Below, in pieces: positions 28,389 to 37,799 of a stretch of 64,000 nucleotides of DNA (the stretch's first letter is position 1; each line of letters begins with the position of its first letter). The DNA comes from Minisyncoccia bacterium (lineage in GTDB: Bacteria > Patescibacteriota > Minisyncoccia > Phycocordibacterales > Phycocordibacteraceae): NCBI GenBank assembly GCA_038212075.1, contig JBBQUV010000002.1:7343-71342 (forward strand). Reading direction: 5' to 3'. Position numbers and translations under genes: made by a program. The notes below the pieces were generated by a model, which saw nothing but the letters and a program-made list of their open reading frames with translations, was not told where the DNA came from and made no database searches.

Positions 28389-29401
28389 GGTGTTGTGGAA
28401 GTGGCTTCGGAGAGAGCTGTCGCTGTTTTATAGAAGCCGTAGCCAGGTTCGCTTGGCTGGAACATGACTCCCCCCTCGGTAAATAGATGGCCTACAGAGA
28501 TGATAGTTTTCGTAAAGTTTGCAGAGTCTTTGTCTGCAGAACCAAGTCCAAGCATCCCGCGGATAGGATCGGTATCGATTGACGCCAAGTCTCCCACTGT
28601 TGCACCAAAACGAGCCGTCGCATTCACCAGCGCAAGGTGAGCTTGTGCCATTTCTTGGGGAACGGAGACAGCAACAAGTGCCTTAGCAGTATCAAGGTAA
28701 GACGTTGAAATTGTCTTCAGGTGTGCGATCGCTGTTTTGTCATTTCGCTCTACCGCGTCGGCAAAATACACGTCTGCATGGTAAGGCACGTTTGCGCGGT
28801 GTTGTTTAAATGCCTGTTCTACTTGTATAGCGTATGACTTTAGTGCAGTACTTCCCGTACCCGATACCTTTATTTGTGATGCAGAAAACGCGTCTATTTG
28901 TGTACGTGTTTTAAGAAGGTCACCAATGGCTCCCTGCACAAAGGTTTGCATCTGGGCGGCAGTTGGTTTGGTATCGCCGCGACTCACAACGTAGTTGTTG
29001 AAGAAGAGTTTAGAAAACTGGTCGGTAAGTGAACCGGGCGTCGCGTTGTTTCCCGGAATGTCGCTTGCAACTATTCCCGGCGTTGTTGTCGCGGTCGTAG
29101 CGACCCCGCCGTAGTGAGCGGTGGCAAGCCCTTTAGCTACCGCGTCGCCATCGGTTAGGTCAGCACGAACGGAATGTGCATTGTTTGGGTCTGTCCCATA
29201 TAACGCTTCTTCCCAGTCAGGGAGCCCATCGCTGTCAGAGTCTTTGGCGGCATACGCTTTCAGAAGATTATCGGTAGAACCGGCGTTCACCAATGTCGTA
29301 CTACCTGTATGACCGGAAAGAATGTATGCACCAACGATGATTACTATCGCAATGAGTAGCGATGCAGAGAGAATCGTTTTTCGTGAGTCAAGAAAAGCCA
29401 C
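28385..29401 (-). CDS. Membrane-anchored protein with TSP3-like Ca-binding repeat
   Basis: N-terminal TM; KDSDSDGLPDWEEALYGTDP. Confidence 0.75.
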   Translation of the reverse strand: MAFLDSRKTILSASLLIAIVIIVGAYILSGHTGSTTLVNAGSTDNLLKAYAAKDSDSDGLPDWEEALYGTDPNNAHSVRADLTDGDAVAKGLATAHYGGVATTATTTPGIVASDIPGNNATPGSLTDQFSKLFFNNYVVSRGDTKPTAAQMQTFVQGAIGDLLKTRTQIDAFSASQIKVSGTGSTALKSYAIQVEQAFKQHRANVPYHADVYFADAVERNDKTAIAHLKTISTSYLDTAKALVAVSVPQEMAQAHLALVNATARFGATVGDLASIDTDPIRGMLGLGSADKDSANFTKTIISVGHLFTEGGVMFQPSEPGYGFYKTATALSEATSTTP

Positions 29402-29467
29402 AGCAGTACATAAATAGTATCACGCACGCGTGCTTCCCCACCCACGTGGTATGCGCCAAGATGTGTA

Positions 29468-30256
29468 TTAATCGACCGCACTCAGGTTCTGCACCAGATT
29501 CTGCCAGACAGAGAGCGAAAGATCCTCCGCGCGCGCCTTTGGCGGTATGTTCGAAGCAGTATATGCCTTACTAATAGTCTCTTTTTTTGCCACCGCGGTT
29601 AGGTTTCCTGCAAGAAGCTTCCGTTTGTGAGCAAACCCAGCTCGTAGGATTTCAAAAAACCGCGTTTCTTCTTGTTCATTTTTAAACGGCATATGAATAC
29701 CCGTGATGGTGAGCACTGCAGAGTCAACAGAGGGCGCCGGCACAAACGCACCGCGCGGAACGGTGAAAAGATATGCGGGGACACCGTATGTTTTTACGGC
29801 GATGGAAAGCAAGCTTTCTTTTTTTGATCGCGCAATGCGCTCTGCAACTTCTTTTTGCACGAGTATGGTTATGGATGTCGGTTTGTTTTTTGTTGTCAAA
29901 AAGGTACGGATGATTTCACCCGTAATGTAATACGGAATGTTTGCAACAAGCGCATACGGGCGAGTGATTGATGCGGTATCAAATGTGCGAACGTCACCTA
30001 CAATAAGCGTTAATTTCTTTTCAGAAATGTCCGATGCAAATGTTTCGGTCAATTTTTCCGCTAATGCTTTGTCAGTTTCAATGGCAACCACATGCGTTGC
30101 ACGTGCAAGAAGTGGTTTCGTAAGCATGCCGGTGCCGGGACCAATCTCAAGTACGGTTTGGTTTTCAATGTGCGCGCCGTCCGCAATGCGTTCAGCGGTG
30201 CGCGCATGCATGAGAAAATTTTGCCCCAGTGATTTTTTTGCGCGGATATTAGACAT
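29468..30256 (-). CDS. rsmA: 16S rRNA m6,2A dimethyltransferase RsmA/KsgA
   Basis: AKKSLGQNFL, VLEIGPGTG, ANIPYYIT, QKEVAER, FVPAPSVDS; start at MSNIRAKK. Confidence 0.96.
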   Translation of the reverse strand: MSNIRAKKSLGQNFLMHARTAERIADGAHIENQTVLEIGPGTGMLTKPLLARATHVVAIETDKALAEKLTETFASDISEKKLTLIVGDVRTFDTASITRPYALVANIPYYITGEIIRTFLTTKNKPTSITILVQKEVAERIARSKKESLLSIAVKTYGVPAYLFTVPRGAFVPAPSVDSAVLTITGIHMPFKNEQEETRFFEILRAGFAHKRKLLAGNLTAVAKKETISKAYTASNIPPKARAEDLSLSVWQNLVQNLSAVD

Positions 30257-32174
30257 AAATTTCTGGAAGACCATCGGTCTCCCCTTCTGATAGTACGACA
30301 AGCCCAGCATCAATATCGCGAATGAATGAAGATGGTTCTGAAAAGAAATCAGTTCCGTAAATGCGTCGCACGCTCGCTAAGGTGAGAATAAGGTGTTTTT
30401 TTGCACGCGTAACAGCAACGTAAAATAGTCGGCGCTCTTCTTCTTCGTCACGCTTTTCGTCATTCATTCCCTGATGCGGAAACAATCCTTCTTCCATTCC
30501 CGAAACAAATACCGTATCAAATTCCAACCCTTTCGCCGCGTGCACCGTCATAAGGGTTACGCCGCGCGTTTCTTTTTTTCTATCAAGCTCATCTTGATCG
30601 CTCGCGAGTGCAACGTCTGCAAGAAACAGGGAAAGCCCTTCGTACCCCATTTGTTCATCGTAGCGCGAGGCGAATGTAGCAAGCTCCTTCACGTTCTCCA
30701 GACGTTCCGCGTCATCTTCGCCACCTTTCTTGAGGGCTTCAGCGAGGCCGCTTTTTTCAATAACAAGGCGTACAAACGCCGATGGCGCGAGTGTTGTGGC
30801 CGCTCCACCAAGTGAGGCGATAAGCGCTTCAAATGCTTCAACCTTTGCGTTCTCTCCGGCGCGCAACTCTTCACGTTTGCCGGCAACAAGTTTTCCAAGG
30901 GTGGTTTTTCCAATACCGCGTGGGGGTGCCATCACTGCGCGCATACGGTCGGCTTCGCGTGTCGGTTCAAGAGTAAGGCGTATCCACGCAAGCACATCCT
31001 TCACTTCTTTTCGGTCAAAAAAGCGTGTACCAAGCAAACGGTACGGAATGCCTTCACGTAAAAATCCTTCTTCAAGCGCGCGCGATTGAAAATTCGTGCG
31101 AAATAAAATGGCAATGCTTTCTGGCACTGTTCCTTGCGCAATACGTTTGCGGGCTTCACGTGCAATCCATCGCGCTTCGTCTTCTGCAGTACGCGCGATG
31201 TGCATATGAATGGGTTCACCTTCAGCGTTTTTTGTCGTAGAGCGTTTTTCTTTTCGGTTGCGATTTTTTTCAATGATTTGATTTCCTGCAGACACAATGG
31301 TTTGTGTGGAACGATAATTTTCTTCAAGCACCACTGTTTTTGCATTGGGATATGTGGTGTCAAAGGCAAGAAGGTTGTCAATCGTTGCGCCACGCCATGT
31401 GTAAATCGTTTGGTCGATATCGCCAACGACAAACAAATTTTTGTGACGTGCGGATAAAAGTGCCGCAAGTCTTCCCTGAAGTTCATTGGTGTCTTGGTAT
31501 TCATCAATGTGCACATATTCCCAACGTGCGGCCGCCGCGTCGCGTATCTCTGCATGTTCTTCAAGCAAGCGAACGGGAAGCGAAATCAAATCGTCAAAAT
31601 CAAGCGCTTTCTCTTTTTTTAAAGTTGCATCGTAGCGTACCCATGCGTCAGCGACTATCCGCGAACGAAAACTTTCACGTGAGTGTTTTTCAAAAAATTC
31701 TGCCGCAGTACTGCCGTCACCTTTTGCTTTTGAAATGCGCGCCAGAATAGCGCGTGGCGGTGTTTCTTTCGGGTCAACGTCAAGGGCTTTTAATGCTTCT
31801 TTTATTACCCGTTCAGAATCGTCGCGATCAAAAATAGTGAAGAACCGCGGTATGCCAATGACGTGTCCATAGGTTTGAAGCAGTTCTCGCCCCAGTCCGT
31901 GGAACGTGGCGACAAAAGGTAGTTCCCCGCTTGCTTGCCCCTCTCCCTTGGAAAGCATGGTTTCTATACGCTCACGCATTTCTCGCGCGGCTTTATTGGT
32001 GAAAGTAACCGCAAGAATACGGTGCGCGGGCGTCCCCTCTCTTATTAAGTGATAGATACGGGTAGTGAGTACTCTTGTTTTACCCGCACCTGCTCCAGCA
32101 AGAACCGAAATAGGACCTTGGGTGGTAAGGACGGCTTCTTTTTGTCGCTCGTTAAGGCCTTCCAAGTACTGCAT
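30249..32174 (-). CDS. pcrA: UvrD/PcrA ATP-dependent helicase
   Basis: AGAGAGKT, TFTNKAA, DEYQD, VGDIDQTIY, NYRS, TVHAAKGLEF, EERRLFYVAVTRA. Confidence 0.95.
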   Translation of the reverse strand: MQYLEGLNERQKEAVLTTQGPISVLAGAGAGKTRVLTTRIYHLIREGTPAHRILAVTFTNKAAREMRERIETMLSKGEGQASGELPFVATFHGLGRELLQTYGHVIGIPRFFTIFDRDDSERVIKEALKALDVDPKETPPRAILARISKAKGDGSTAAEFFEKHSRESFRSRIVADAWVRYDATLKKEKALDFDDLISLPVRLLEEHAEIRDAAAARWEYVHIDEYQDTNELQGRLAALLSARHKNLFVVGDIDQTIYTWRGATIDNLLAFDTTYPNAKTVVLEENYRSTQTIVSAGNQIIEKNRNRKEKRSTTKNAEGEPIHMHIARTAEDEARWIAREARKRIAQGTVPESIAILFRTNFQSRALEEGFLREGIPYRLLGTRFFDRKEVKDVLAWIRLTLEPTREADRMRAVMAPPRGIGKTTLGKLVAGKREELRAGENAKVEAFEALIASLGGAATTLAPSAFVRLVIEKSGLAEALKKGGEDDAERLENVKELATFASRYDEQMGYEGLSLFLADVALASDQDELDRKKETRGVTLMTVHAAKGLEFDTVFVSGMEEGLFPHQGMNDEKRDEEEERRLFYVAVTRAKKHLILTLASVRRIYGTDFFSEPSSFIRDIDAGLVVLSEGETDGLPEIYV

Positions 32175-32274
32175 ATACGTTACTATACTTCCTTAAGGCA
32201 CTAATTAAAAAAACCAAGTAAATACAGGGTATTTTTCATCCTTATTTGTTCTCCACAGCTTCATTTTCTCTTCA

Positions 32275-32303
32275 TTGACCACGTTCTGGGTTCGGGATAG
32301 ACT
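32275..32303 (+). promoter_or_regulatory. Sigma70-type promoter of the LysM/M23 gene
   Basis: TTGACC-17-TAGACT followed by a ~110-nt leader. Confidence 0.65.
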
Positions 32304-32423
32304 GGGCGGACTGACTGAAATGAATGCATGAAAGAAATGGCTTAGGTAAGCCGTTTTTGTACCCTCTGACACGCTGAAAACCACCACCTACTTATCTTAT
32401 TTGAACCAAAAAAGACTGGCCTC

Positions 32424-33533
32424 GTGAATGTTCACCAGGGTCAAAAGAGATATGCCATCCTCGCGGCCGCGGTTGCCCTAGGCATCGTGGCTTTTGCCGT
32501 ACCTACCAAGGCTAAGGCGTTTTCCTTTTTTGATTGGCTCACTCCTTCTGCACAGGCAGGTTCGAATGCTGTAGTGCCTGACGCCACACTTCCTATACTC
32601 AATTCCGCGGTAAATACTGACCCGAACCCCAACAAGGGTCAGCGCGGTCTCGCCCTTACTGAAAGTTCCGCACTTATTTCTGAAGCGGGACCTAATGGAA
32701 CCCCGGTGGATGCAGACACTACACCAACCGGCAGTACTATTTCTTTGTATGTTGTACGTGCTGGAGATACTCTCTCTGAAATCGCCTCATTGTTTGGTAT
32801 TTCGGCAAGCACAGTGCTTTGGGCAAACAATTTGGCAAGCGCGAAAGATATTCATCCGGGCGACACCCTTCTCATTCTCCCTGTTTCCGGTATTCAACAC
32901 ACTATTAAAAAGGGAGAAACCATTGCGACCATTGCTACAACGTACGGCGGCGACGCATCCGACATCGCTTCTTTTAACGGCCTTGATTCTGCAAAAGGAC
33001 TCGCGGTTGGCACTACGATTATTATTCCGGGCGGTGAAGCAGTTTCCGCCCCGACAGTACAAACAAAACCAGTTCAAACTATTGCCTCGTCTGTTTCAAG
33101 TGTGGCAAGTTCTATTACACGGAGTCTTGCGCGTACGAGTGGTCCTGCGCTTTTTGGATACTACAGCAACCCTGTTCCAGGTGGCATTATCACGCAAGGT
33201 ATTCATCCAACAAATGGGGTTGATATTGGTGCTCGCTCCGGCGCACCTATTTATGCGGCCGCTGACGGAAAAATAATTGTATCGCGCACAAGCGGGTGGA
33301 ACGGTGGATACGGTAACTACGTGGTTATTAAGCACGCAAATGGTACGCAAACCCTCTATGCGCATATGAGCAAAAATGTTTCAGCGCTTGGTTCTATGGT
33401 GGAAAAAGGTGAGCTCATTGGATATGTTGGTGCAAGCGGAAATGCGACTGGCCCGCATCTTCACTTTGAAGTACGTGGTGCACAGAACCCTTTTGCACAC
33501 TGCGCTGTGCTTTCCATCTGTCGCCCCCAGTAG
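32424..33533 (+). CDS. LysM x2 + M23 peptidase (cell-wall hydrolase)
   Basis: Signal peptide; YVVRAGDTLSEIA, HTIKKGETI; GVDIG, TLYAH, TGPHLHFEVR. Confidence 0.92.
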   Translation: MNVHQGQKRYAILAAAVALGIVAFAVPTKAKAFSFFDWLTPSAQAGSNAVVPDATLPILNSAVNTDPNPNKGQRGLALTESSALISEAGPNGTPVDADTTPTGSTISLYVVRAGDTLSEIASLFGISASTVLWANNLASAKDIHPGDTLLILPVSGIQHTIKKGETIATIATTYGGDASDIASFNGLDSAKGLAVGTTIIIPGGEAVSAPTVQTKPVQTIASSVSSVASSITRSLARTSGPALFGYYSNPVPGGIITQGIHPTNGVDIGARSGAPIYAAADGKIIVSRTSGWNGGYGNYVVIKHANGTQTLYAHMSKNVSALGSMVEKGELIGYVGASGNATGPHLHFEVRGAQNPFAHCAVLSICRPQ

Positions 33534-33534
33534 T

Positions 33535-33563
33535 TTGACGACCTAAGGTGCCTGTGGTAGTTT
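33535..33563 (+). promoter_or_regulatory. Sigma70-type promoter of an orphan gene
   Basis: TTGACG-17-TAGTTT, then hairpin aaacgccgcga-tg-tcgcggcgttt (33568-33591). Confidence 0.65.
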
Positions 33564-33617
33564 GATGAAACGCCGCGATGTCGCGGCGTTTGACGTGAAA
33601 AACCTTTGGAGGTTACC

Positions 33618-33983
33618 TTGAAACTTCATACCGTTCTTATGAGCAGCATCGCTGCCCTTACCTATCCGCCGTCCGAAGCCGTCGCCGCCAAGACGTTGAT
33701 CCAGGTCCAGACGCTCGAACCGTTCGCTCGCGCGACGCCGTTCAAGCACAAGACCGAAGTCACCGACGTTCTCGACACGGCGATCGGCGCGGCCACGCAG
33801 GGCTACGGCACCAAACGCAGCGACACCAAGTCTGGTGTGCTGAAGATGCTGAAGACCATGCGCGCCGACGTCCAGGCGGTGAAGGAAGACAACGACACGG
33901 TGGCCGCCCAAACCAACGGCGCCGGCGCGGCAATCGATCGTGCGCGGCACGCTGGCGACGACGGACGTCGCACGGCGCTCTAG
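33618..33983 (+). CDS. GC-rich orphan protein
   Basis: TTG start 5 nt after GGAGG; GC3-rich codons; own promoter and terminator. Confidence 0.65.
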   Translation: MKLHTVLMSSIAALTYPPSEAVAAKTLIQVQTLEPFARATPFKHKTEVTDVLDTAIGAATQGYGTKRSDTKSGVLKMLKTMRADVQAVKEDNDTVAAQTNGAGAAIDRARHAGDDGRRTAL

Positions 33984-34011
33984 CGCAAGAAGATCTCCAT
34001 TTGGAGACGAC

Positions 34012-34050
34012 AGTGGCCGGAGGGATAAAATCCTCCGGCCACTTTTCTTT
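34012..34050 (+). terminator. Intrinsic terminator
   Basis: agtggccggagg...cctccggccact + tttcttt. Confidence 0.85.
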
Positions 34051-34054
34051 TTAT

Positions 34055-35617
34055 TTACTCAAATCCAAATAACCCGCGTGGGCGGTACTGAAGCGCTTCG
34101 TGAATGTGCGCGGGCAAGACCTTTTCACTATTTCCTAAATCAGCAATAGTTCGCGCAACGCGCATGACGCGATGATACGCACGTGGAGACAAATCCAAAC
34201 GGTTTGCGGCAGACAGGAGTGTCGTTTTTGCTTCATCGGTAAACTCTGCGCGTTCATCAAGTTCTTTTCCGGAAAGTCGTGCATTTACCGCGCCCTTCTT
34301 CCCTGCTCGTTTCTCTGCACGCCCTCGTGCACTAGTCACGCGTTCTCGAACACGTTCTGATTTTTCTCCCGTAGAAAGTTTTGCAAGCGATTCGTGTGGA
34401 ATGTGTGCAACCTCTACCCATAAATCTAAACGGTCAACGATAGGGCGTGAAATTTTTCGCGCTTGTTTAAGCGCCGCACGCACGGCGACTTCCGCGTCTG
34501 CGCTCAGTGTGTTTGCCGGGTTCATTGCGGCAACAATCATGCAGTCAGCAGGAAAGGTAATGGTTGCTTTGGCGCGAGATACGGTAACCGCACGGTCTTC
34601 AAGCGGTTGCCGCAGTGCCTCAAGCACCCTTGATTCAAATTCAACAAATTCATCAAGAAACAGCACTCCTTTATGTGCCAAGGTTACCTCACCCGCTTTT
34701 GGGTAGGCGCCACCACCCACAATCGCCGTGTGCGAAGTGGTGTGGTGCGGCGCACGAAACGGTGGCCAGAACACTGCCTCACCTTCTTGGAGCGTTCCAG
34801 CAGTTGAGTGAATGGCAGTAACCTCAAGTACTTCGTCCGGCGTGAGCGGCGGTAAAATACCAGAAAGCGCACGCGCAAGCATCGTTTTTCCTGTTCCAGG
34901 TGGGCCATAGAGCACTATGTTATGTCGTCCTGCCGCGGCAATTTCAAGCGCACGTTTCGCACTTTCCTGTCCTTTTACTTCACCCAGATCAATAGTGGGT
35001 ATCGGGATACTGGTGCGTTTTTGTGCAATGACTTTTGGTAACATTTTCTCACCCTTCAAATGAAGCGCAAGCTCTTCAAGTGTTTTTGGTGCGTACACGG
35101 TCATTCCTTCGGCAAGAAGCGCCTCGCGTGTATTTCCAAGTGGTACGTATACGGTGATGATGTTGGCACGCTTTGCGGCAAGTACTTGTGGAAGAATGCC
35201 ACGCACACTGCGTAGTGTCCCATCAAGAGCAAGCTCACCAGCAAAGAGCGCGGGTGTTTTTTGTTCGGGTAGGTCGCCTGCCGCAATTAAATAACACAAC
35301 GCGAGTGGAACATCGTAATGGGAACCCTCTTTTTTCAAATCTGCTGGCGACAGTGAAAGAATGATGCGTTTGTTTTGCGTCTTTGGCGATTTAAACCCCG
35401 AGTGACGAATGGCGGCGCTAATGCGGTCGCGCGATTCTTCAACCGCTTTATCTGGAAGTCCGACGACGGAAAAAGAGTGAAGTCCACGCGTGAGATCGGC
35501 CTCTATGGTAACGAGTTCAGCGTTTGCGCCGACCGGCTGAGCGGCGCTAAGTTTTGCATAGCCGCGACTTTCGTCTTTCTTTTTCTTCACTGGTGCAAGC
35601 GGTTTTTGTTCAGTCAC
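34055..35617 (-). CDS. comM: ComM/YifB Mg-chelatase-like AAA+ ATPase
   Basis: [63 protein letters not shown]. Confidence 0.93.
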   Translation of the reverse strand: MTEQKPLAPVKKKKDESRGYAKLSAAQPVGANAELVTIEADLTRGLHSFSVVGLPDKAVEESRDRISAAIRHSGFKSPKTQNKRIILSLSPADLKKEGSHYDVPLALCYLIAAGDLPEQKTPALFAGELALDGTLRSVRGILPQVLAAKRANIITVYVPLGNTREALLAEGMTVYAPKTLEELALHLKGEKMLPKVIAQKRTSIPIPTIDLGEVKGQESAKRALEIAAAGRHNIVLYGPPGTGKTMLARALSGILPPLTPDEVLEVTAIHSTAGTLQEGEAVFWPPFRAPHHTTSHTAIVGGGAYPKAGEVTLAHKGVLFLDEFVEFESRVLEALRQPLEDRAVTVSRAKATITFPADCMIVAAMNPANTLSADAEVAVRAALKQARKISRPIVDRLDLWVEVAHIPHESLAKLSTGEKSERVRERVTSARGRAEKRAGKKGAVNARLSGKELDERAEFTDEAKTTLLSAANRLDLSPRAYHRVMRVARTIADLGNSEKVLPAHIHEALQYRPRGLFGFE

Positions 35618-35636
35618 TCGGATATTCTACGGTATA

Positions 35637-35670
35637 AAAATACGCACCCGCGCGAGCGGGTGCGTATTTT
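35637..35670. terminator. Bidirectional terminator
   Basis: aaaatacgcacccgc-gcga-gcgggtgcgtatttt. Confidence 0.8.
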
Positions 35671-35680
35671 GGAACAGCGG

Positions 35681-36028
35681 TTACATATGTGCCTTACAGG
35701 TACGCGCGGCAGGATCAGCATTCAAACGATCAGTTTCAATTGCTTCACCCGATACTTCGCATGTGCCGTACGTTCCTTTTTCTATACGCGCGAGTGCAGA
35801 AAGCACATCGTTGTAGCGAATTTCCAAATCTTTAAGGATGGCAGTGTTTTCTTCGTACCCTTCAATTTTATCGGCAACATCGTTTGGGTCAGGTTCCGGT
35901 TCCGTTTCTTGCGGCACCGCTTCCCAATCGTTTGGATTAGAAGGATTACGTCGCCCAATACTACTGAGCTCACTTTCTAGTTTTATTTTTTCAGCTTCAA
36001 GCAGATGCTGATACGTATCGGTATTCAT
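35681..36028 (-). CDS. TraR/DksA-family RNA polymerase-binding regulator
   Basis: Coiled coil with DPNDVAD tip; ALARIEKGTYGTCEVSGEAIETDRLNADPAARTC. Confidence 0.85.
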   Translation of the reverse strand: MNTDTYQHLLEAEKIKLESELSSIGRRNPSNPNDWEAVPQETEPEPDPNDVADKIEGYEENTAILKDLEIRYNDVLSALARIEKGTYGTCEVSGEAIETDRLNADPAARTCKAHM

Positions 36029-36064
36029 GCGCGCATCGTAGCACTCGCCGCCCAAAGGAAGCAA

Positions 36065-37741
36065 CTACTGTGTTCTTGTTGCGGAAAGACGGGCGAGAAG
36101 TACGGAGAATGCGGTTTCGTCGCGAGCAATGACCAACGTGTTTTGGTCGCGGTATCCGTACAGGAAGAGTGTTTTTCCATTTGCATCTTTGTATGCTCGC
36201 ACGTCGTGGCTGTCGACAACTTCGTCGACAAAGTGCGCGCGTCCAATGCCGGCAGGAACGAGTGGTGGAGGCAGTGGTTGTGTGGTGCTTGCTGTGGTTG
36301 TGCCGATTACCATCGCTGTTTGCGGATAGGGTGGGTAAAGTGGCGCGAAGTCGCTCCCCATAGTTGCTTCCCACGAAAGCATTCCCGCGAAGGTGCGTTC
36401 ATAGGATGTTGCGGCGAGTACAAAAAATACGCGCGTTTCATCGCCTGCGTGTACGACACCAACAGTGCTGTTATCACCGATATTGCGAAGCAAAATGTCT
36501 GGCGTGGAAAGGTTCAGTGCCTTTATGAGGGTGCCACCTCCAACGGTTGATGTTGCTGATACCGCAAGATACAACACACGCACTGTTCCAATTGGTGTTG
36601 CGGTGTTTTCTGCGTCACGAAGTGCAGTAACCAGTGAACCGCCCTGTCCGGAAATGGTCGCCGACTCATCTCCAGCAATAAGTGTTGGAGGAGCATTGGT
36701 AATGATGGAAATAGGCTGTGTTCCCGTAAAGAAGGTATAGCTGTAGTACAAAAGAAGTGACCCGCCAATAAAGAGCGCCGCTCCGCCAAGCATGTATGCA
36801 AGCCCAAGGTTTTGTTTTGGTGCTTCTACACTTTGCGGCTGTAGGGCTCCTCCCGCGTCTGCTTGCGCGGCGTACACAGAAAATCCCGATGACTGTTGCC
36901 GATTTAGTTTGTTAGAAAAATCATCGGTATAGGTTCGAAGGCGTTCTGGTTCTTGTACAGCAACTACCGGAGCGAGTTTTTGTATAGGGGCAGGCGGGGG
37001 TGTGTATACCGGCACCGCTTCTGGTTTTGGTGCGGGGAAGACTGGCGGCGGAGGGAGGTTCTGTTTTTTATATGTGTCCACTTTTGTGCGCAAGCGCGCC
37101 AACACCACTTCACGCTCCTCGACATCGTTTTTTGCTTCTTCGGGTGGTTTGAATGTCGGCGCAAACACTTCCACTGCTTCTGGTGCGCGCGGTTTTTGCC
37201 ACACGGGTGCGGTAACTGGTATATAACTTTGCTGTACCGGAGGTGTCGTCGTCGGCATGCCGAAAATAAACGCAAAGAGCTTTGACGTGAACGAAAGTTT
37301 TTTTCTTGTTGCTGGGCCTTCCCACTCTCTGGGTGTTGTTGCTTCTGTCGCGGCTAACTGTATTGGCGGTTTTGTTGGCACCGGCAAGTTTTTCTTTGTA
37401 AGTTGCGGTAGATGTGGCGCTTCAATGATTGGTTCAGAAGCGGACATCTTTGCTACGGTTTCAGATAGTGAAGGACGAAGCGGTTTAGGTGGTGGAGGCG
37501 CCGGCGCCGGTTGAATGGAAACCGGTGGTGGGGTTGGGGCAATAGGTTTTGGAGGAGCCTGTACGACAGTTTGAGGCACCGGCGCAACCACTGGTGCTGG
37601 AGCACCAGTGAGTGTTGCAACATCATCGGCGTAGGTGCGCACTACTCGTTTTGGGTTTGTGGGGAAGGTTCGTTCTTGTATTGTCACACCCACTTCACTT
37701 GCGAGTGTTTTTGGTTGGACGATGGGTTGAGTATCTGCCAT
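36065..37741 (-). CDS. Pro-rich membrane-anchored hypothetical protein
   Basis: Pro-rich N-half with RTYxDD twice, one TM, C-domain FAGMLSWE...FVDEVV. Confidence 0.75.
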   Translation of the reverse strand: MADTQPIVQPKTLASEVGVTIQERTFPTNPKRVVRTYADDVATLTGAPAPVVAPVPQTVVQAPPKPIAPTPPPVSIQPAPAPPPPKPLRPSLSETVAKMSASEPIIEAPHLPQLTKKNLPVPTKPPIQLAATEATTPREWEGPATRKKLSFTSKLFAFIFGMPTTTPPVQQSYIPVTAPVWQKPRAPEAVEVFAPTFKPPEEAKNDVEEREVVLARLRTKVDTYKKQNLPPPPVFPAPKPEAVPVYTPPPAPIQKLAPVVAVQEPERLRTYTDDFSNKLNRQQSSGFSVYAAQADAGGALQPQSVEAPKQNLGLAYMLGGAALFIGGSLLLYYSYTFFTGTQPISIITNAPPTLIAGDESATISGQGGSLVTALRDAENTATPIGTVRVLYLAVSATSTVGGGTLIKALNLSTPDILLRNIGDNSTVGVVHAGDETRVFFVLAATSYERTFAGMLSWEATMGSDFAPLYPPYPQTAMVIGTTTASTTQPLPPPLVPAGIGRAHFVDEVVDSHDVRAYKDANGKTLFLYGYRDQNTLVIARDETAFSVLLARLSATRTQ

Positions 37742-37799
37742 GAGCAATTCCCTTTCATTCTACCCCACGAACTTACTGTTTTTTCTTTACTGCGAACAA

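Noticed and set aside
16251-29401. Integrative conjugative element
   Set aside because: No integrase, relaxase, att repeats or compositional shift seen
32304-32423. c-di-AMP (ydaO) riboswitch upstream of a cell-wall hydrolase
   Set aside because: Only CGCTGAA resembles it; the GCGGGGGA and other conserved blocks are missing
33543-33950. 135-aa - strand ORF
   Set aside because: Antisense shadow in GC-rich DNA; promoter, SD and terminator support the + strand gene
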